DNA of 64,000 bases, taken from contig VRMN01000010.1 of NCBI GenBank assembly GCA_008690995.1, positions 186,001 to 250,000 of the forward strand. The letters are read 5' to 3'. Below, one piece after another: positions 53,804-63,950 of this stretch. The position numbers were made by a program, and so were the translations under genes. This DNA is from Porphyridium purpureum (Eukaryota). The stretch's first letter is position 1. Every line of letters begins with the position of its first letter. Under the pieces are notes generated by a model, which was given only the letters and a program-made list of their open reading frames with translations, did no database searches and was not told the DNA's origin.

Positions 53804-56140
53804 ATGAAAGGGTTTTTGGAAGTGCTTGGCGTGGACTCGCTGGATACTTACGGCAGTTTGCTGTTGTTCTTCGACGAGGAGCGATACCTGTTCGAATGCG
53901 GAGATGGCACGCAGCGCCTGTGCTCCGAGTACAAGGTCAAAGTGGCACATCCGCGCATGCGCAACATTTTCCTCAGCACTAACACTGCGCAGTCGCTAGG
54001 GGGGTTGTTCGGGATGTTGCTGACGCTGGCCGATGCGGGCAAAACGCAACTCGCGATTACCGCTCCGTCCGGGATACAGCAGCTCTTCAAAGCGTCAAAA
54101 CCATTTATCTATCGGCCAAGTCTCAAGCTCGACATTACGGAGGTTGACGCCCCGCATCAGAATACACTGCCGCAACTCGTCAGCCAAGACGATCTCGTCA
54201 GCGTGTTTGCGGTGCCGCTAATGTCCGACCAAGAGCCTCATATCCTCAAGGCCGGCTCGACCCCATTCGTGGTGAGCTACATTTGTCGCGCGTGTGACAT
54301 GCCCGGCAAGTTTGACGCCGAGGCCGCGCAACGACTGGGCATTCCGCCGGGGCCAACGTATGGCAGGCTGAAGCGCGGAGAGTCGGTGGTGCTCGCGTCT
54401 GGCGAGGTCGTGACGCCGCAGATGGTCATGTCGGAAAGCATCAGCGGCAGTGTGATTCTTTTCGCGCGCGTGCCGTCTGTAGACTATGTGCAAAACTTCG
54501 TTGCGCATGATGGACTTTCGCCAATCGCCCTGTGCAAGGACGAGCGTCGTGCGCGTTTTGTATGTGTGGTACACATGGCTCCCCGAGAAGTGCTTCAGGA
54601 TGAGCGCTATCGTGCGTGGTGCCAAGCGCTCGAGGCGTCTCCTCTCACCTCACGCGTGCAGCATATTGGTCTCCACCAATCGCTTGGCGTGGGCGACCGT
54701 CTAAGCTTTCACGCGCAGGCGCAAGATACGTACAAGCTCCATCGGGCGTTGGGCCTGCCTTTCTTCCCCCTGCCCGCAGGATCTCTCTCGAGCGACCATA
54801 TGCGTTCGGTGGAGGCACATGCCGCCGCGCTCAGCCATTCTAGCATTCGATTTGACCCTCCAGACTTGAGCGCAATGAGCGAGTCTCGTCGATCATGCAA
54901 TGAAGCGCTCCAAGCTCTTCTTGGAGTACCGGACGTCGTGCTCGCAGAAACGAAACTGCGCTTGAACCTCGCGCCCGTCACAGCAGTTGGACTAGTGTAC
55001 AATGAGACGGCCAGTCTATCGATGTGCGCGGACATGTTGAATGACATTGAAGCAGAAGTGCATGCAGTATTACCCACGCCAACGGCTGAAAAGACGAGCT
55101 TAGGTGTTGACGCGTCCGAGGCTGTTCCTCACGTGATGGCGCCCGTGGCTAACAAGTTTGCTCACATGGGCGACCGAGAGTGCGAAATTACCTTTCTTGG
55201 CACCGCAGCAGCTATCCCTGGGAAGCACCGAAATGTAAGCGCGATTCTGCTCAACATGTTTGAGCGCGGTGCGGTCTTGCTAGACTGCGGGGAAGGCACA
55301 TTGGGCCAGCTGACTCGAAGCAAGGGGCAGCAAAGAGCTGACGAGATTTTGCGTCGTCTCAAAGCAGTATGGATCTCACACATGCATGCTGATCATCATT
55401 TGGGGCTTTTGCACGTGCTCAGTCGATGCAGTCAACCTCAGCTGGGACGCACCAAGCCAGTCATGGTACTTGGCCCGCGGCCACTGCAGAATTGGCTTGC
55501 ATCGTACAGCAAATTTTGCGAGAACGTGAGCTATCTTTACTTTGATAATCAAATCTTTGTCGAGCCGCAGCAGCCAAGTGCCAACTACTTCCCGGAGCAC
55601 CTTGGCCTGCGTGTCCGCTGCGTCGAAGTAGACCATTGCTCGCTGTCCTATGGACTTGTGCTAGACGATTGTGTACACGACTGGCGACTGGTGTACTCGG
55701 GCGATACACGGCCCTGTCGTGCGCTTGCCGAAGCCGGCAAGGACGCGCTCATCGCGATCCACGAGGCAACACTGGAGAACGACATGGCTCAGGAGGCTCG
55801 GGAAAAAATGCACTGTACAACATCGGAAGCCATTGATATTTGCGTCCATGACATGAATGCGTATCGTACTATCCTCACACATTTTAGCCAGCGCTATCCG
55901 CGCGTGCCGGCGCTCAAGGACAGTACGGAACTGCTCAAGCACCAATCTGTGGCACTAGCATTCGACTTTATGGTGGTGAACTTTAAGGATCTTGACGCTC
56001 TACCCCGTCTCTTACATGCGCTTCCTGCGCTGTTCCCTGACGACGAGGACGGTTCTATCTGTGAGAACAATACTTTGTCAAATCAAGAGCTTCTGCAGCA
56101 ATCGCAGTTGACGGACCACACGGCAGGAACAAAGACGTGA
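53804..56140 (+). CDS. TRZ1: Long-form tRNase Z (ELAC2/Trz1)
   Basis: 'YLFECGDGTQR', flexible arm 'GIPPGPTYGRLKRG', 'FLGTAAAIP.K.RNVS', 'LLDCGEGT', 'HMHADH', 'YSGDTRP', 'HEAT', 'THFSQRY'. Confidence 0.95.
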   Translation: MKGFLEVLGVDSLDTYGSLLLFFDEERYLFECGDGTQRLCSEYKVKVAHPRMRNIFLSTNTAQSLGGLFGMLLTLADAGKTQLAITAPSGIQQLFKASKPFIYRPSLKLDITEVDAPHQNTLPQLVSQDDLVSVFAVPLMSDQEPHILKAGSTPFVVSYICRACDMPGKFDAEAAQRLGIPPGPTYGRLKRGESVVLASGEVVTPQMVMSESISGSVILFARVPSVDYVQNFVAHDGLSPIALCKDERRARFVCVVHMAPREVLQDERYRAWCQALEASPLTSRVQHIGLHQSLGVGDRLSFHAQAQDTYKLHRALGLPFFPLPAGSLSSDHMRSVEAHAAALSHSSIRFDPPDLSAMSESRRSCNEALQALLGVPDVVLAETKLRLNLAPVTAVGLVYNETASLSMCADMLNDIEAEVHAVLPTPTAEKTSLGVDASEAVPHVMAPVANKFAHMGDRECEITFLGTAAAIPGKHRNVSAILLNMFERGAVLLDCGEGTLGQLTRSKGQQRADEILRRLKAVWISHMHADHHLGLLHVLSRCSQPQLGRTKPVMVLGPRPLQNWLASYSKFCENVSYLYFDNQIFVEPQQPSANYFPEHLGLRVRCVEVDHCSLSYGLVLDDCVHDWRLVYSGDTRPCRALAEAGKDALIAIHEATLENDMAQEAREKMHCTTSEAIDICVHDMNAYRTILTHFSQRYPRVPALKDSTELLKHQSVALAFDFMVVNFKDLDALPRLLHALPALFPDDEDGSICENNTLSNQELLQQSQLTDHTAGTKT

Positions 56141-56380
56141 TGAGTCGATGGAACGTTGAGGGACACAGGAGTCTGACAATGCAATATGTATACATTCTGC
56201 TTTCCAAATCAGACTTTCTTATGCGTGCGCGCTTCTGCAAGAGCGATTCCGTAGTGTTCATGTGATGAGGATAGAGGTGAGACGGGCAAAAACCATAAGA
56301 CTGTGTTTCTTCCTTTGCCAAGAACTTTTCACTTCCCACAGGCAAAGATGACCAGAAGCAGGAGTGGCTTCAAACCTTCC

Positions 56381-56800
56381 TCAAAGTTGCGTTTTGGAGG
56401 TACACTTTTCAATATTCTTTTGCAAGTTGGATAGAAGCCCGACCTCGATGCAGAAGTTGCGGAATGCTTTCACGAACTCGACGCGAAAGCGCATTTCAGA
56501 CTTGTCCTGCGAGAACTGGATAACGTGACCCGCGCGCTCCGTTGCCTTTGGTACGAAAAATCGCAGCACTCCCGCCACTTCAGCAAGTTTCGCGAGTAAC
56601 GTGAAATTCATCGTTTCCAAATCTTGTTCAAGAGACACGACTGAGTGCGGGCATTTGCAAAGGCCCACTTGCATGCTCGCAATGAGTTCTTCTCTATTTT
56701 TCTTGACAAAGTCACGTACTGGCACTCTCGTTGCCGAAATCGACGCTGACACTGCCGGCGAAGTCTTCTCCGTTGGCTCGAAGCATGGTTGAAAGGACAT
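56381..56800 (-). CDS. Hypothetical protein (139 aa)
   Basis: ATG-initiated ORF with globular-looking composition, in a gap between genes; no recognisable motif. Confidence 0.4.
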   Translation of the reverse strand: MSFQPCFEPTEKTSPAVSASISATRVPVRDFVKKNREELIASMQVGLCKCPHSVVSLEQDLETMNFTLLAKLAEVAGVLRFFVPKATERAGHVIQFSQDKSEMRFRVEFVKAFRNFCIEVGLLSNLQKNIEKCTSKTQL

Positions 56801-57140
56801 TGTAGTGAAGCCGCCACCTCTATCGAGAATACACAGATAAGCGCTGCTCTTCCGTTCTATAAATGTCACCAAAACCTTGCCACTGAAGTGCAACTTGACT
56901 TCTTCCTCCGCGCCCTTTATTTTGTTCCGAGTCGACTGCTCTCAAATTCACAACGTTTCTGCAATTCCCCACGAATCATTCGTGTCGAGCGGAAAGAGGA
57001 CGAGAGATTTCACGGTTCATATTTCTAAGGCGAGGAGATGTCAAGCGCGCAGGAACAAAGGAGGAGGGATCAAAGAAGTTGAGAACGCTTGTCAACTGTG
57101 GAAAGGGTCACTTGTTGAAGTACGCAAGCAGAGCAGAGGG

Positions 57141-58214
57141 ATGGAGGACCAGTACCGAAAGATCGTGGAGGACTTGCTCCGCGACGAGGGAGTTGAAGAT
57201 GCTGGCGACTTGTTTAACCCACATGCTCAGGAAGCTCCAGCGTACGAGGAGGCTAGATATCTTAACGTCGTAGAGGATATGCTCCGCGACGCGGGAGTTG
57301 GATGGACAAATGTTGGAATTCATCCCGGTGCTCCAAACGCTCCAGCACGCGTGGAGGATGTCGTAAAACAAATGGCCGACAATCATATCCTAGTGGCAGT
57401 AACAACGATGCGAGGGCTTTCCTCCAGAAATACTTCCGGAGTATGCTCCCCTGGACATCTTTTGCTCATCACAAAGCAGAATCATTTGAGTTTGTACGCG
57501 AACCCGAACGACTGCTCTCAACTGAAACTGGGGTCGCAAGAAAACGACATGAAATACATGCAAAGGGATTTGGAAGCGGGTAAACTGATGCTGAAAGTCA
57601 TGCGCTCGACGAAATCCACAGTTCAGATGCTTGACGAAGCTATTGAGCGTGCGAGGGCCAGAATCGGGAGGGGACTCTACGCGAAGCCCATGGGATCTTG
57701 GAAGGAGTATTTGTTTCACATGGGGTCGGCGACCGCAGAAAATATTTTTTATTTTCGTAAGAGAAACCCATGGGCTACGCTGAAGCCGCAATATACCAAT
57801 TGTGCCATGTTCATAGGCGAAGTATGTCGCGAAGCGGGAATGGGATCGATCAAAGGCTTAACGCCGAAGATGTGCTATTTGCAATTTTCGGAGCATATTT
57901 TCCTGCAAGCACCGAAGCTTCGTGTCATGACGGTAAGTGAAGTTGGTACGCTTTTTGCTGAGAACTCGCACGAGGAGAATGAACCGATCGAAACCAGTGA
58001 CGTCAAGCGAGTTTGGACCAAGTCCGATGTCCGCAAACCATTTCCACCTTACGTATGGATTCCTCTCGCGGCCGGCTTTTTCGTGAACCCTGTCCTTCCG
58101 CTAGTGTGCCTCAATGTTTGGTGGATTTGTCGCAACGCGACGACAGACTCGATTGAACATGATTGGGATGACTTGCAGGTGTCTGATTCTGCCGAAGATG
58201 AGGTGTCGTGTTAA
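57141..58214 (+). CDS. Hypothetical protein, possible permuted papain-like (NlpC/P60-type) catalytic domain plus C-terminal TM
   Basis: 357-aa ORF; 'SPGHLLLI' precedes 'YTNCAMFIGEVCREAG'; hydrophobic C-terminal segment. Confidence 0.6.
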   Translation: MEDQYRKIVEDLLRDEGVEDAGDLFNPHAQEAPAYEEARYLNVVEDMLRDAGVGWTNVGIHPGAPNAPARVEDVVKQMADNHILVAVTTMRGLSSRNTSGVCSPGHLLLITKQNHLSLYANPNDCSQLKLGSQENDMKYMQRDLEAGKLMLKVMRSTKSTVQMLDEAIERARARIGRGLYAKPMGSWKEYLFHMGSATAENIFYFRKRNPWATLKPQYTNCAMFIGEVCREAGMGSIKGLTPKMCYLQFSEHIFLQAPKLRVMTVSEVGTLFAENSHEENEPIETSDVKRVWTKSDVRKPFPPYVWIPLAAGFFVNPVLPLVCLNVWWICRNATTDSIEHDWDDLQVSDSAEDEVSC

Positions 58215-58670
58215 AACTAAGGCCTGTGCGCCGCACTCGACGATAATCTTTTCTTTTGCCTTGTGCTGATGATACCTGCTTCCGACAAGGGAGGCCAAGC
58301 GGCTTGGACCATCAACCTCCAGCGACTGCTCTGCCTCGATGGCTCTCTGTCTCTGTCTCTTTCTTGCCGCAAACCGCTACCTGCCTTTGCCAACGGTTTA
58401 ACGGCTTCACGTAATGGCAGTATTCCTTTTATATCAAACGTGCGTTATTTTATGATTCCCCAAAGCTTATCGACTCGGCTGCATTAACCGAAAGCAGATC
58501 TGGCGCAGATTTTCTGGTAAAATGGGTGTGTTTTACTATGCTTTCATAAGGACATGCGCGATGACGCGGGGCGGGAGAGAGAAAACGCGAACGAGCGAGG
58601 AAGGCAGAAGAAGAACCGGGCAAGTGGGGGGAGAAAGGAACGGCGACTGGGGAGAAGACGGGGAAGAACC

Positions 58671-60590
58671 ATGGGAGATTTAGCGCTGGGCGAAGAGTAT
58701 GCGAACTTTCGCGCGTGGGTGCCGCGCAACGTGCTTCCGGTCGGCGCGCTGAATGCGAAGAATGTGCTGTATTATGACTGGGGTCCGCGCGAGTTTGCCG
58801 AGCCCGTGGTTTGTGTGCACGGATTGGCTGGCGCCGCAGACCAGTTTTTTCATCAGATGCTTGCGCTTGCCATAAAGGGGTACCGCGTGATTCTGCTGCA
58901 GCTGCCGCAGCATGCTGATATGCATGAGCTTGTCGAGGCCATGCACATCTTTTTTGAAATGGTGGACGTGCGCGCGCTCCATTTTTACGCCGTCGGTTTG
59001 GGCGGCTTGGTCGCACTGAGTTACGCGGCGGCGTTTCCGACAATGGTTCGTTCCATGATGCTCACGCACGCGTGCTGCTCCACGGCAAAGATGAAAAATC
59101 TCATACCGCTGCCCGTGCAGTTGCTGCGATGGAGCCCAGACTTCCTCCTGCACAAGGTTGTGAATGATTTGCTTCCCACCGGCAATGCGGCGCTGCATGA
59201 GGCGCTTGCGGTCGAGTTTATGGCAATGCGCACGTCAGAGACGGACCGCGCCTCGATTCTGGCGCGCCTCGAGCTCGCGCTTACGCCGTGCAGTGTAGAG
59301 GGGCAGAACATCGTGCTACCGGACGACACGATCACATTAATAGATTCCTTGGAGCTGCGCAATGCAGACACAGCTCAAGGGCAGATGGCAAGGCAAGTGC
59401 TGGAACAATTTCCTTCGGCACGGCAGGCGTTGATCAAGCATGCAGGTGAATTTCCGTTCCTGAGCGTGCCGGATGAGGTATCGATGCACATGGTGGTTCA
59501 TTTGCGGAAGCACGCTCCCAAGCCGGCCAACACATTGGATATCCCAGAGCCGGCACGCCCGCGGGTAGAAAATATTGAGGAGTACCGTCTGCTCAAAGAG
59601 GAGCAACGGCGAGCAAAAAAGGAACAGCAGCAACGACAACGGGAAGAGCAGAAGAACGCCCGTGGGAGCTTAGCGGCAGCCACGGCAGCTATTGCCGCTG
59701 CAGTCATGTCTAACAGATCAGACGCGCAGAATGTGGATCCAAACTCCTCGAGAAGTGAACAACAAGAACAGGAGCGAGCGGAGGAACCGCAGCAGCATGT
59801 TGAAAGCCTGGCCAGTCAGAGTGGTGGTGTCCATAATAACTCTGAGCCGCCTGTGTTTGCCATTCCGGGTGCAATTGCGACCGGCGTTGGTGAGGGTACC
59901 AGCACAAGTGCCCACGCGGCCGTTGGGATCTCGCCCTTGCGTTCGACGCCAGAGATGAGATCCCACATGCGCGTACCGAGCGTCCTTCTTGGTGAGGGTT
60001 CAGCGGCGGAGAGCTCGTACACGCTCCGTGAAGAAGATGCAGCGCAAGTGGTACCGCCTGGCGCCGACCCGCTCGGTGCGATTATCGAGGCCGGCGACGA
60101 AGGACAAGGAGTGGCTACTCCCGTTGCGCTTTCCTCCCGCGACGCAGGAGGATACGCCTCGGGCTCACTGTCCCAAAATTCTTCCACCACACTGACAGGC
60201 GTCTTTGACCTGCGCACTGCGCATGCGAGCGACACGATCCCTAGGTCCGTGTCCACATCAGCAGCGCGGGACGCGACGTCGTCGTCTCTCTCCGGCGAGA
60301 GGGGCAGAGCGTCGGTAAATTCGAATGCGATCGATGTGTCATCAACACGCTCGCCGTCAATGCCTGTGGGTCTGAGTGCCGCCATGGAACCTGTCCGGAC
60401 GGTAAAGACACAAAAGGAACTCGAAGGCGACGAATGGGATGAGTTTCGGGAACGGCCAGAACAGCAATCGGCGCCGAATGCACCGGGTGTACAAAAGGTT
60501 GCGAAGAACAAGAAGGGCAAGGATGAGCTCAACTATGGCCACGAAGATGAGGATTGGCGCGCGTTCCTCGGATCCGAAGCTTTAGAGTAG
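58671..60590 (+). CDS. SPG21: Maspardin-like alpha/beta-hydrolase-fold protein with long disordered C-terminus
   Basis: 'YYDWGPR...PVVCVHGLAGAADQFFHQMLAL..KGYRVI', 'LARLEL', 'FPSARQALIKHAGEFPFLSVPDEV..H..VHLR'. Confidence 0.85.
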   Translation: MGDLALGEEYANFRAWVPRNVLPVGALNAKNVLYYDWGPREFAEPVVCVHGLAGAADQFFHQMLALAIKGYRVILLQLPQHADMHELVEAMHIFFEMVDVRALHFYAVGLGGLVALSYAAAFPTMVRSMMLTHACCSTAKMKNLIPLPVQLLRWSPDFLLHKVVNDLLPTGNAALHEALAVEFMAMRTSETDRASILARLELALTPCSVEGQNIVLPDDTITLIDSLELRNADTAQGQMARQVLEQFPSARQALIKHAGEFPFLSVPDEVSMHMVVHLRKHAPKPANTLDIPEPARPRVENIEEYRLLKEEQRRAKKEQQQRQREEQKNARGSLAAATAAIAAAVMSNRSDAQNVDPNSSRSEQQEQERAEEPQQHVESLASQSGGVHNNSEPPVFAIPGAIATGVGEGTSTSAHAAVGISPLRSTPEMRSHMRVPSVLLGEGSAAESSYTLREEDAAQVVPPGADPLGAIIEAGDEGQGVATPVALSSRDAGGYASGSLSQNSSTTLTGVFDLRTAHASDTIPRSVSTSAARDATSSSLSGERGRASVNSNAIDVSSTRSPSMPVGLSAAMEPVRTVKTQKELEGDEWDEFRERPEQQSAPNAPGVQKVAKNKKGKDELNYGHEDEDWRAFLGSEALE

Positions 60591-60763
60591 ACAAAAGGTA
60601 TGGTAGGACGGCTTGCCTAATCAAGACATGAAATCAAAGCCTTGTAGTGTTTGTACGGAATGTTGCCAGAGCCACATGTGAATGGTACACGAGCAAGACT
60701 TTATTTCATGGTATTCAATCTTCGTCTTCTTCTTCTTCTTCCTCCTCTGCTTCTGCTGCTGTC

Positions 60764-61384
60764 TTAAGGACGAATGCCGCTAGCGTAGGCTGCGAGCACG
60801 AGAACCGTAATAACTGCAATGATCGTCAGGATCCAGTTCTGGCGATATGGTGCGGAGTACTCTTGCTTGAGACGATTTCTGAGCTGCGGGTCGATTTTCT
60901 TCTGCGTGAAGCCCGAATCGGCGCCCGCGGCCGCGGCCGCGGCCGGCTCAACCGCAAATTCAACTTCGTCTGTCTCAATTGACTTGATGATTGCCATGAC
61001 GCGTTCGAGCCCGACGCGGCGAGTCTCCCAGCGCGTGCCCGTCGCGACCTCGCGCACGCCAACTACAACTTCGCCCACGAGCAACCCGCTCGCCGCGGCC
61101 ATGCCTCCATCGCGAAAGCCGCTCACCACCACCGCACCCGACGCAACCTCTTCCAGCGCCAGGCCCAGCGGCTTCTTCACTTTGACCAGCCTCGACGCCT
61201 TCTTTGCGTCTGCGCTGCTCGCCATCATCCGCCAGCCCGCCGCGCAACGCCGACCGGCCACGACGCCGCTTTTTCCCGTCGCTACAGCCTGACGTTGGAC
61301 GCTTCGCCCATCTTGCACCTTTCCACGCCCGAACAACGCGCTGCCTTTTCCGACGCCCAGCGCCCCGCCAATAAACGCCGCCAT
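60764..61384 (-). CDS. Putative plastid-targeted PDZ-like protein with C-terminal TM
   Basis: 'MAAFIGG...' transit-like N-terminus; 'VKVKKPLGLALEE...V.V.....GGMAAASGLLVGEVVVGV'; terminal hydrophobic helix. Confidence 0.7.
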   Translation of the reverse strand: MAAFIGGALGVGKGSALFGRGKVQDGRSVQRQAVATGKSGVVAGRRCAAGWRMMASSADAKKASRLVKVKKPLGLALEEVASGAVVVSGFRDGGMAAASGLLVGEVVVGVREVATGTRWETRRVGLERVMAIIKSIETDEVEFAVEPAAAAAAGADSGFTQKKIDPQLRNRLKQEYSAPYRQNWILTIIAVITVLVLAAYASGIRP

Positions 61385-62502
61385 CGCCGCTCTACCACAT
61401 TCGCTGTCCGCTGTCGGCTGTCCGCTGTTCCACTTCAATCGTCTCCACTTGTCTCCTCCTCTTCACGCCTCGTTCCACGCACGCCCACGCGCAATCTCCC
61501 AGATTTCACCAACCGGTTCCTCCGCGCTAGGGTTTCCATTGAACACCCTCAACGACACACCGGCTAATCAGTTTATCGGCTATTATTAAACCGGAAACCG
61601 GAAACCGGAAACCGGTTAACCGACAACGGGGTTCGGGAGAAGAAGCTTGACTGAAATTGACACGTGCGACTTCCTGCTGGCCGTGGCGTGTGTCAAAGCG
61701 TGGCGCGCGACGCCTGATGCAACGGCGCGTTAGTAGCTGATGCGTCTCCCGCGCAGGACGCTCAACGACACGCGTGTGTGGCCTATGTCGTTGTGGTGTC
61801 GTGCGGACACTGATCAACCTGCTCTTCCAGTCAATCAAGCCGGCTTCTCTCTCACTGCGCGCGGCGAGTGTCGCTAATAGCCCCGGACAGAAGAAAAGAC
61901 CGAAGAACCCCCAGGGCTCACCACACGTGCTTGACGGCACGAGGGATTGTTGCGGGGGGCTAGCGATGGGATCGCGGGTGCGTCCGCACCGGGCGATTGT
62001 ACCAAGCTATTTGTCTGAGGCCGTTCTGCGCCAGACTCCCTTTTAATGATCTTCTTCTGCCGATGCCTACTCTTCCTTCCTTCACGTATTCTTATCTTAT
62101 ATGTATTTGGTGTTGCATGGGTAAGAGGTATTCGGCGGTACACCTCGCGTCACTTGTGACAGCGAGAACTTGTTGCAGGTACCAAGTTCAACACCAAACT
62201 TTCTTGCCTTTTATTTTTCTTCTGACTGAGACCGTCACGCAACCCGCTCCCCATTTTATACCCTTCACAAGACTCCAAGTCTATCACATTTGACGTGCCT
62301 GACCGCACGGAAAATCGCCATTCCTCACTGACGCACCGCGCCAATGCGCCCTTCCAGAGCATCCTGCGAACGGCGCACTCTTTTGACTGCCTCGCGCTCC
62401 AACTCGCCTTCAGCGCGTCGCTTTTCGAGCGCTCCAGTAATTGCCTGTAACAAACTTTCCCAAACATTCGAACACTGTACACACTGTACTTTAGTGAACA
62501 AA

Positions 62503-63950
62503 TAAAGTGCGCACAAATAGGATAGGACCCCCTCTACTTTTTTCCGACTTCATAGTAAATTCGATGGTTTTACTATGTAGGGTAGCTTTTTCCAACTTAA
62601 GTACAGTAAGAAGCGCGCGCAAAAAGGATAGGACCGGGGAAGAAGATCGGCGAAAATCCGGAGCTGGGCGTGGACAGGTAGCACAGAGTTTGACCATTGT
62701 GCAAGCGCATTGTGGACACAGCCGCTCAGCTACCATGGGGCGCAAAAACGGGCTTTCGGAGCGCGAAAAAGGGTCCATTTTGGCCTTCAAGGCAGCCGGT
62801 GACAGTCTGCACGCAATATCGGGCAAAGTAAAGCGCTCCCGCAACGTCATTCGCCGCTTTTTGGCAGATCCTGATGCCTACGGCTTGAACTACGTTTCGG
62901 ACAACGCATTGAAGCTCACGCCAGCCGTTGTCAAGAAGATCACAAATGTTGCAAGGTCAGGACAGTTTTCTACAGCACGCCAGGTGGCGAAGAAGTTGCG
63001 CCTGCGCGGGGCAAAGAACATCGAATCGTTGGCAACAATCCGGAAAGCCATGCATCAGGAGTTTGCCTTCCGCCGGATGCCAAAGAATCCGCCTTTGACA
63101 GTGGAACGTAAAGGCAAAAGATTGGACTGGGCCAGAGCGCATATGGCGTTCGGCGAGAAGTGGAAGAAAGTTGTCTTTACGGACGAAAAGAAGTTCAATC
63201 TGGACGGCCCGGATGGATTCCATGCCACATGGATGGATAAGACGAAAGTCCCTGTTGCTTGCTGGTCTCGTCATAGTGGTGGTGGGAGCCTCATGGTTTG
63301 GGGTGCAATTTCAAGCCGTGGAAAAGTGTGCCTTCACTTTGTTGAAGGCACGGTGACTGCTGACAAGTACGTGCGCATGCTGCAGGAGAAAGAGCTCTTT
63401 CCGAAATGCCGAGCAGTTCTGGGCAATGACTTCATTTGGATGCATGACAACGCGAAACCGCATACGGCAAACCTGACAGCAAACTTTTTCCGAGCGCAGA
63501 ACGTTAATGTTATGCAGTGGCCTGCGTACTCACCAGACTTTAACATTATTGAGAATGTCTGGGGCATTCTTGCTCGGAAGGTTTTCGAGGGTGGAAGACA
63601 ATATACGACCGTGAACGGACTGAAGAGCGCTGTTCTTGCTGCATGGTACACCATCGAGCAGGCTACCATCGACAACCTGTATTTGTCTGTGGAGGATCGC
63701 TTGTGGGAATGTACGCGCCGCGATGGTGGATATGTGCAGGGTAATCCGAGTCAATTTCGCTTTCGTCTTGCTTCGTAATTGCTCGGGCAAAGTTGGGGGT
63801 CCTATCCTTTTTGACCCTCTGTTTGGTCACTTTCCCTCTCCCTTCTTCCGTACCTTGTCCTTTTCATAGTAAAAACCTGTCTTTTTTATATGGAACTCTA
63901 AAATTGATTAAAATTTGGTAGGGGGTCCTATCCATTCTGGTCGCACTTTA
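62503..63950 (+). mobile_element. Full-length Tc1/Tc3-like DNA transposon with TA flanks and imperfect IR/DR ends
   Basis: Left end TAAAGTGCG...GGATAGGACCCCCT; right end AGGGGGTCCTATCC...CGCACTTTA; inner repeats AAAAAGGATAGGACC (62621-62635) and GGTCCTATCCTTTTT (63798-63812). Confidence 0.92.
62735..63778 (+). CDS. Tc1/Tc3-family transposase, DD34E, intact
   Basis: N-terminal HTH; 'VVFTDEKKFNLDGPDG'; 'MVWGAIS'; 'MHDNAKPH'; 'WPAYSPDFNIIENVW' with 34 residues between the second D and E. Confidence 0.95.
   Translation: MGRKNGLSEREKGSILAFKAAGDSLHAISGKVKRSRNVIRRFLADPDAYGLNYVSDNALKLTPAVVKKITNVARSGQFSTARQVAKKLRLRGAKNIESLATIRKAMHQEFAFRRMPKNPPLTVERKGKRLDWARAHMAFGEKWKKVVFTDEKKFNLDGPDGFHATWMDKTKVPVACWSRHSGGGSLMVWGAISSRGKVCLHFVEGTVTADKYVRMLQEKELFPKCRAVLGNDFIWMHDNAKPHTANLTANFFRAQNVNVMQWPAYSPDFNIIENVWGILARKVFEGGRQYTTVNGLKSAVLAAWYTIEQATIDNLYLSVEDRLWECTRRDGGYVQGNPSQFRFRLAS

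Noticed and set aside
47258..60590. Apparent clustering of membrane-trafficking genes (COG3, SEY1, maspardin)
   Set aside because: Interspersed with unrelated genes and plausible by chance; only the COG3/SEY1 shared promoter was retained as a finding.
61948..62193. Possible solo LTR (TGTTG...CAACA preceded by GAGGGA)
   Set aside because: No target-site duplication and no partner LTR or convincing pol remnant in the window.
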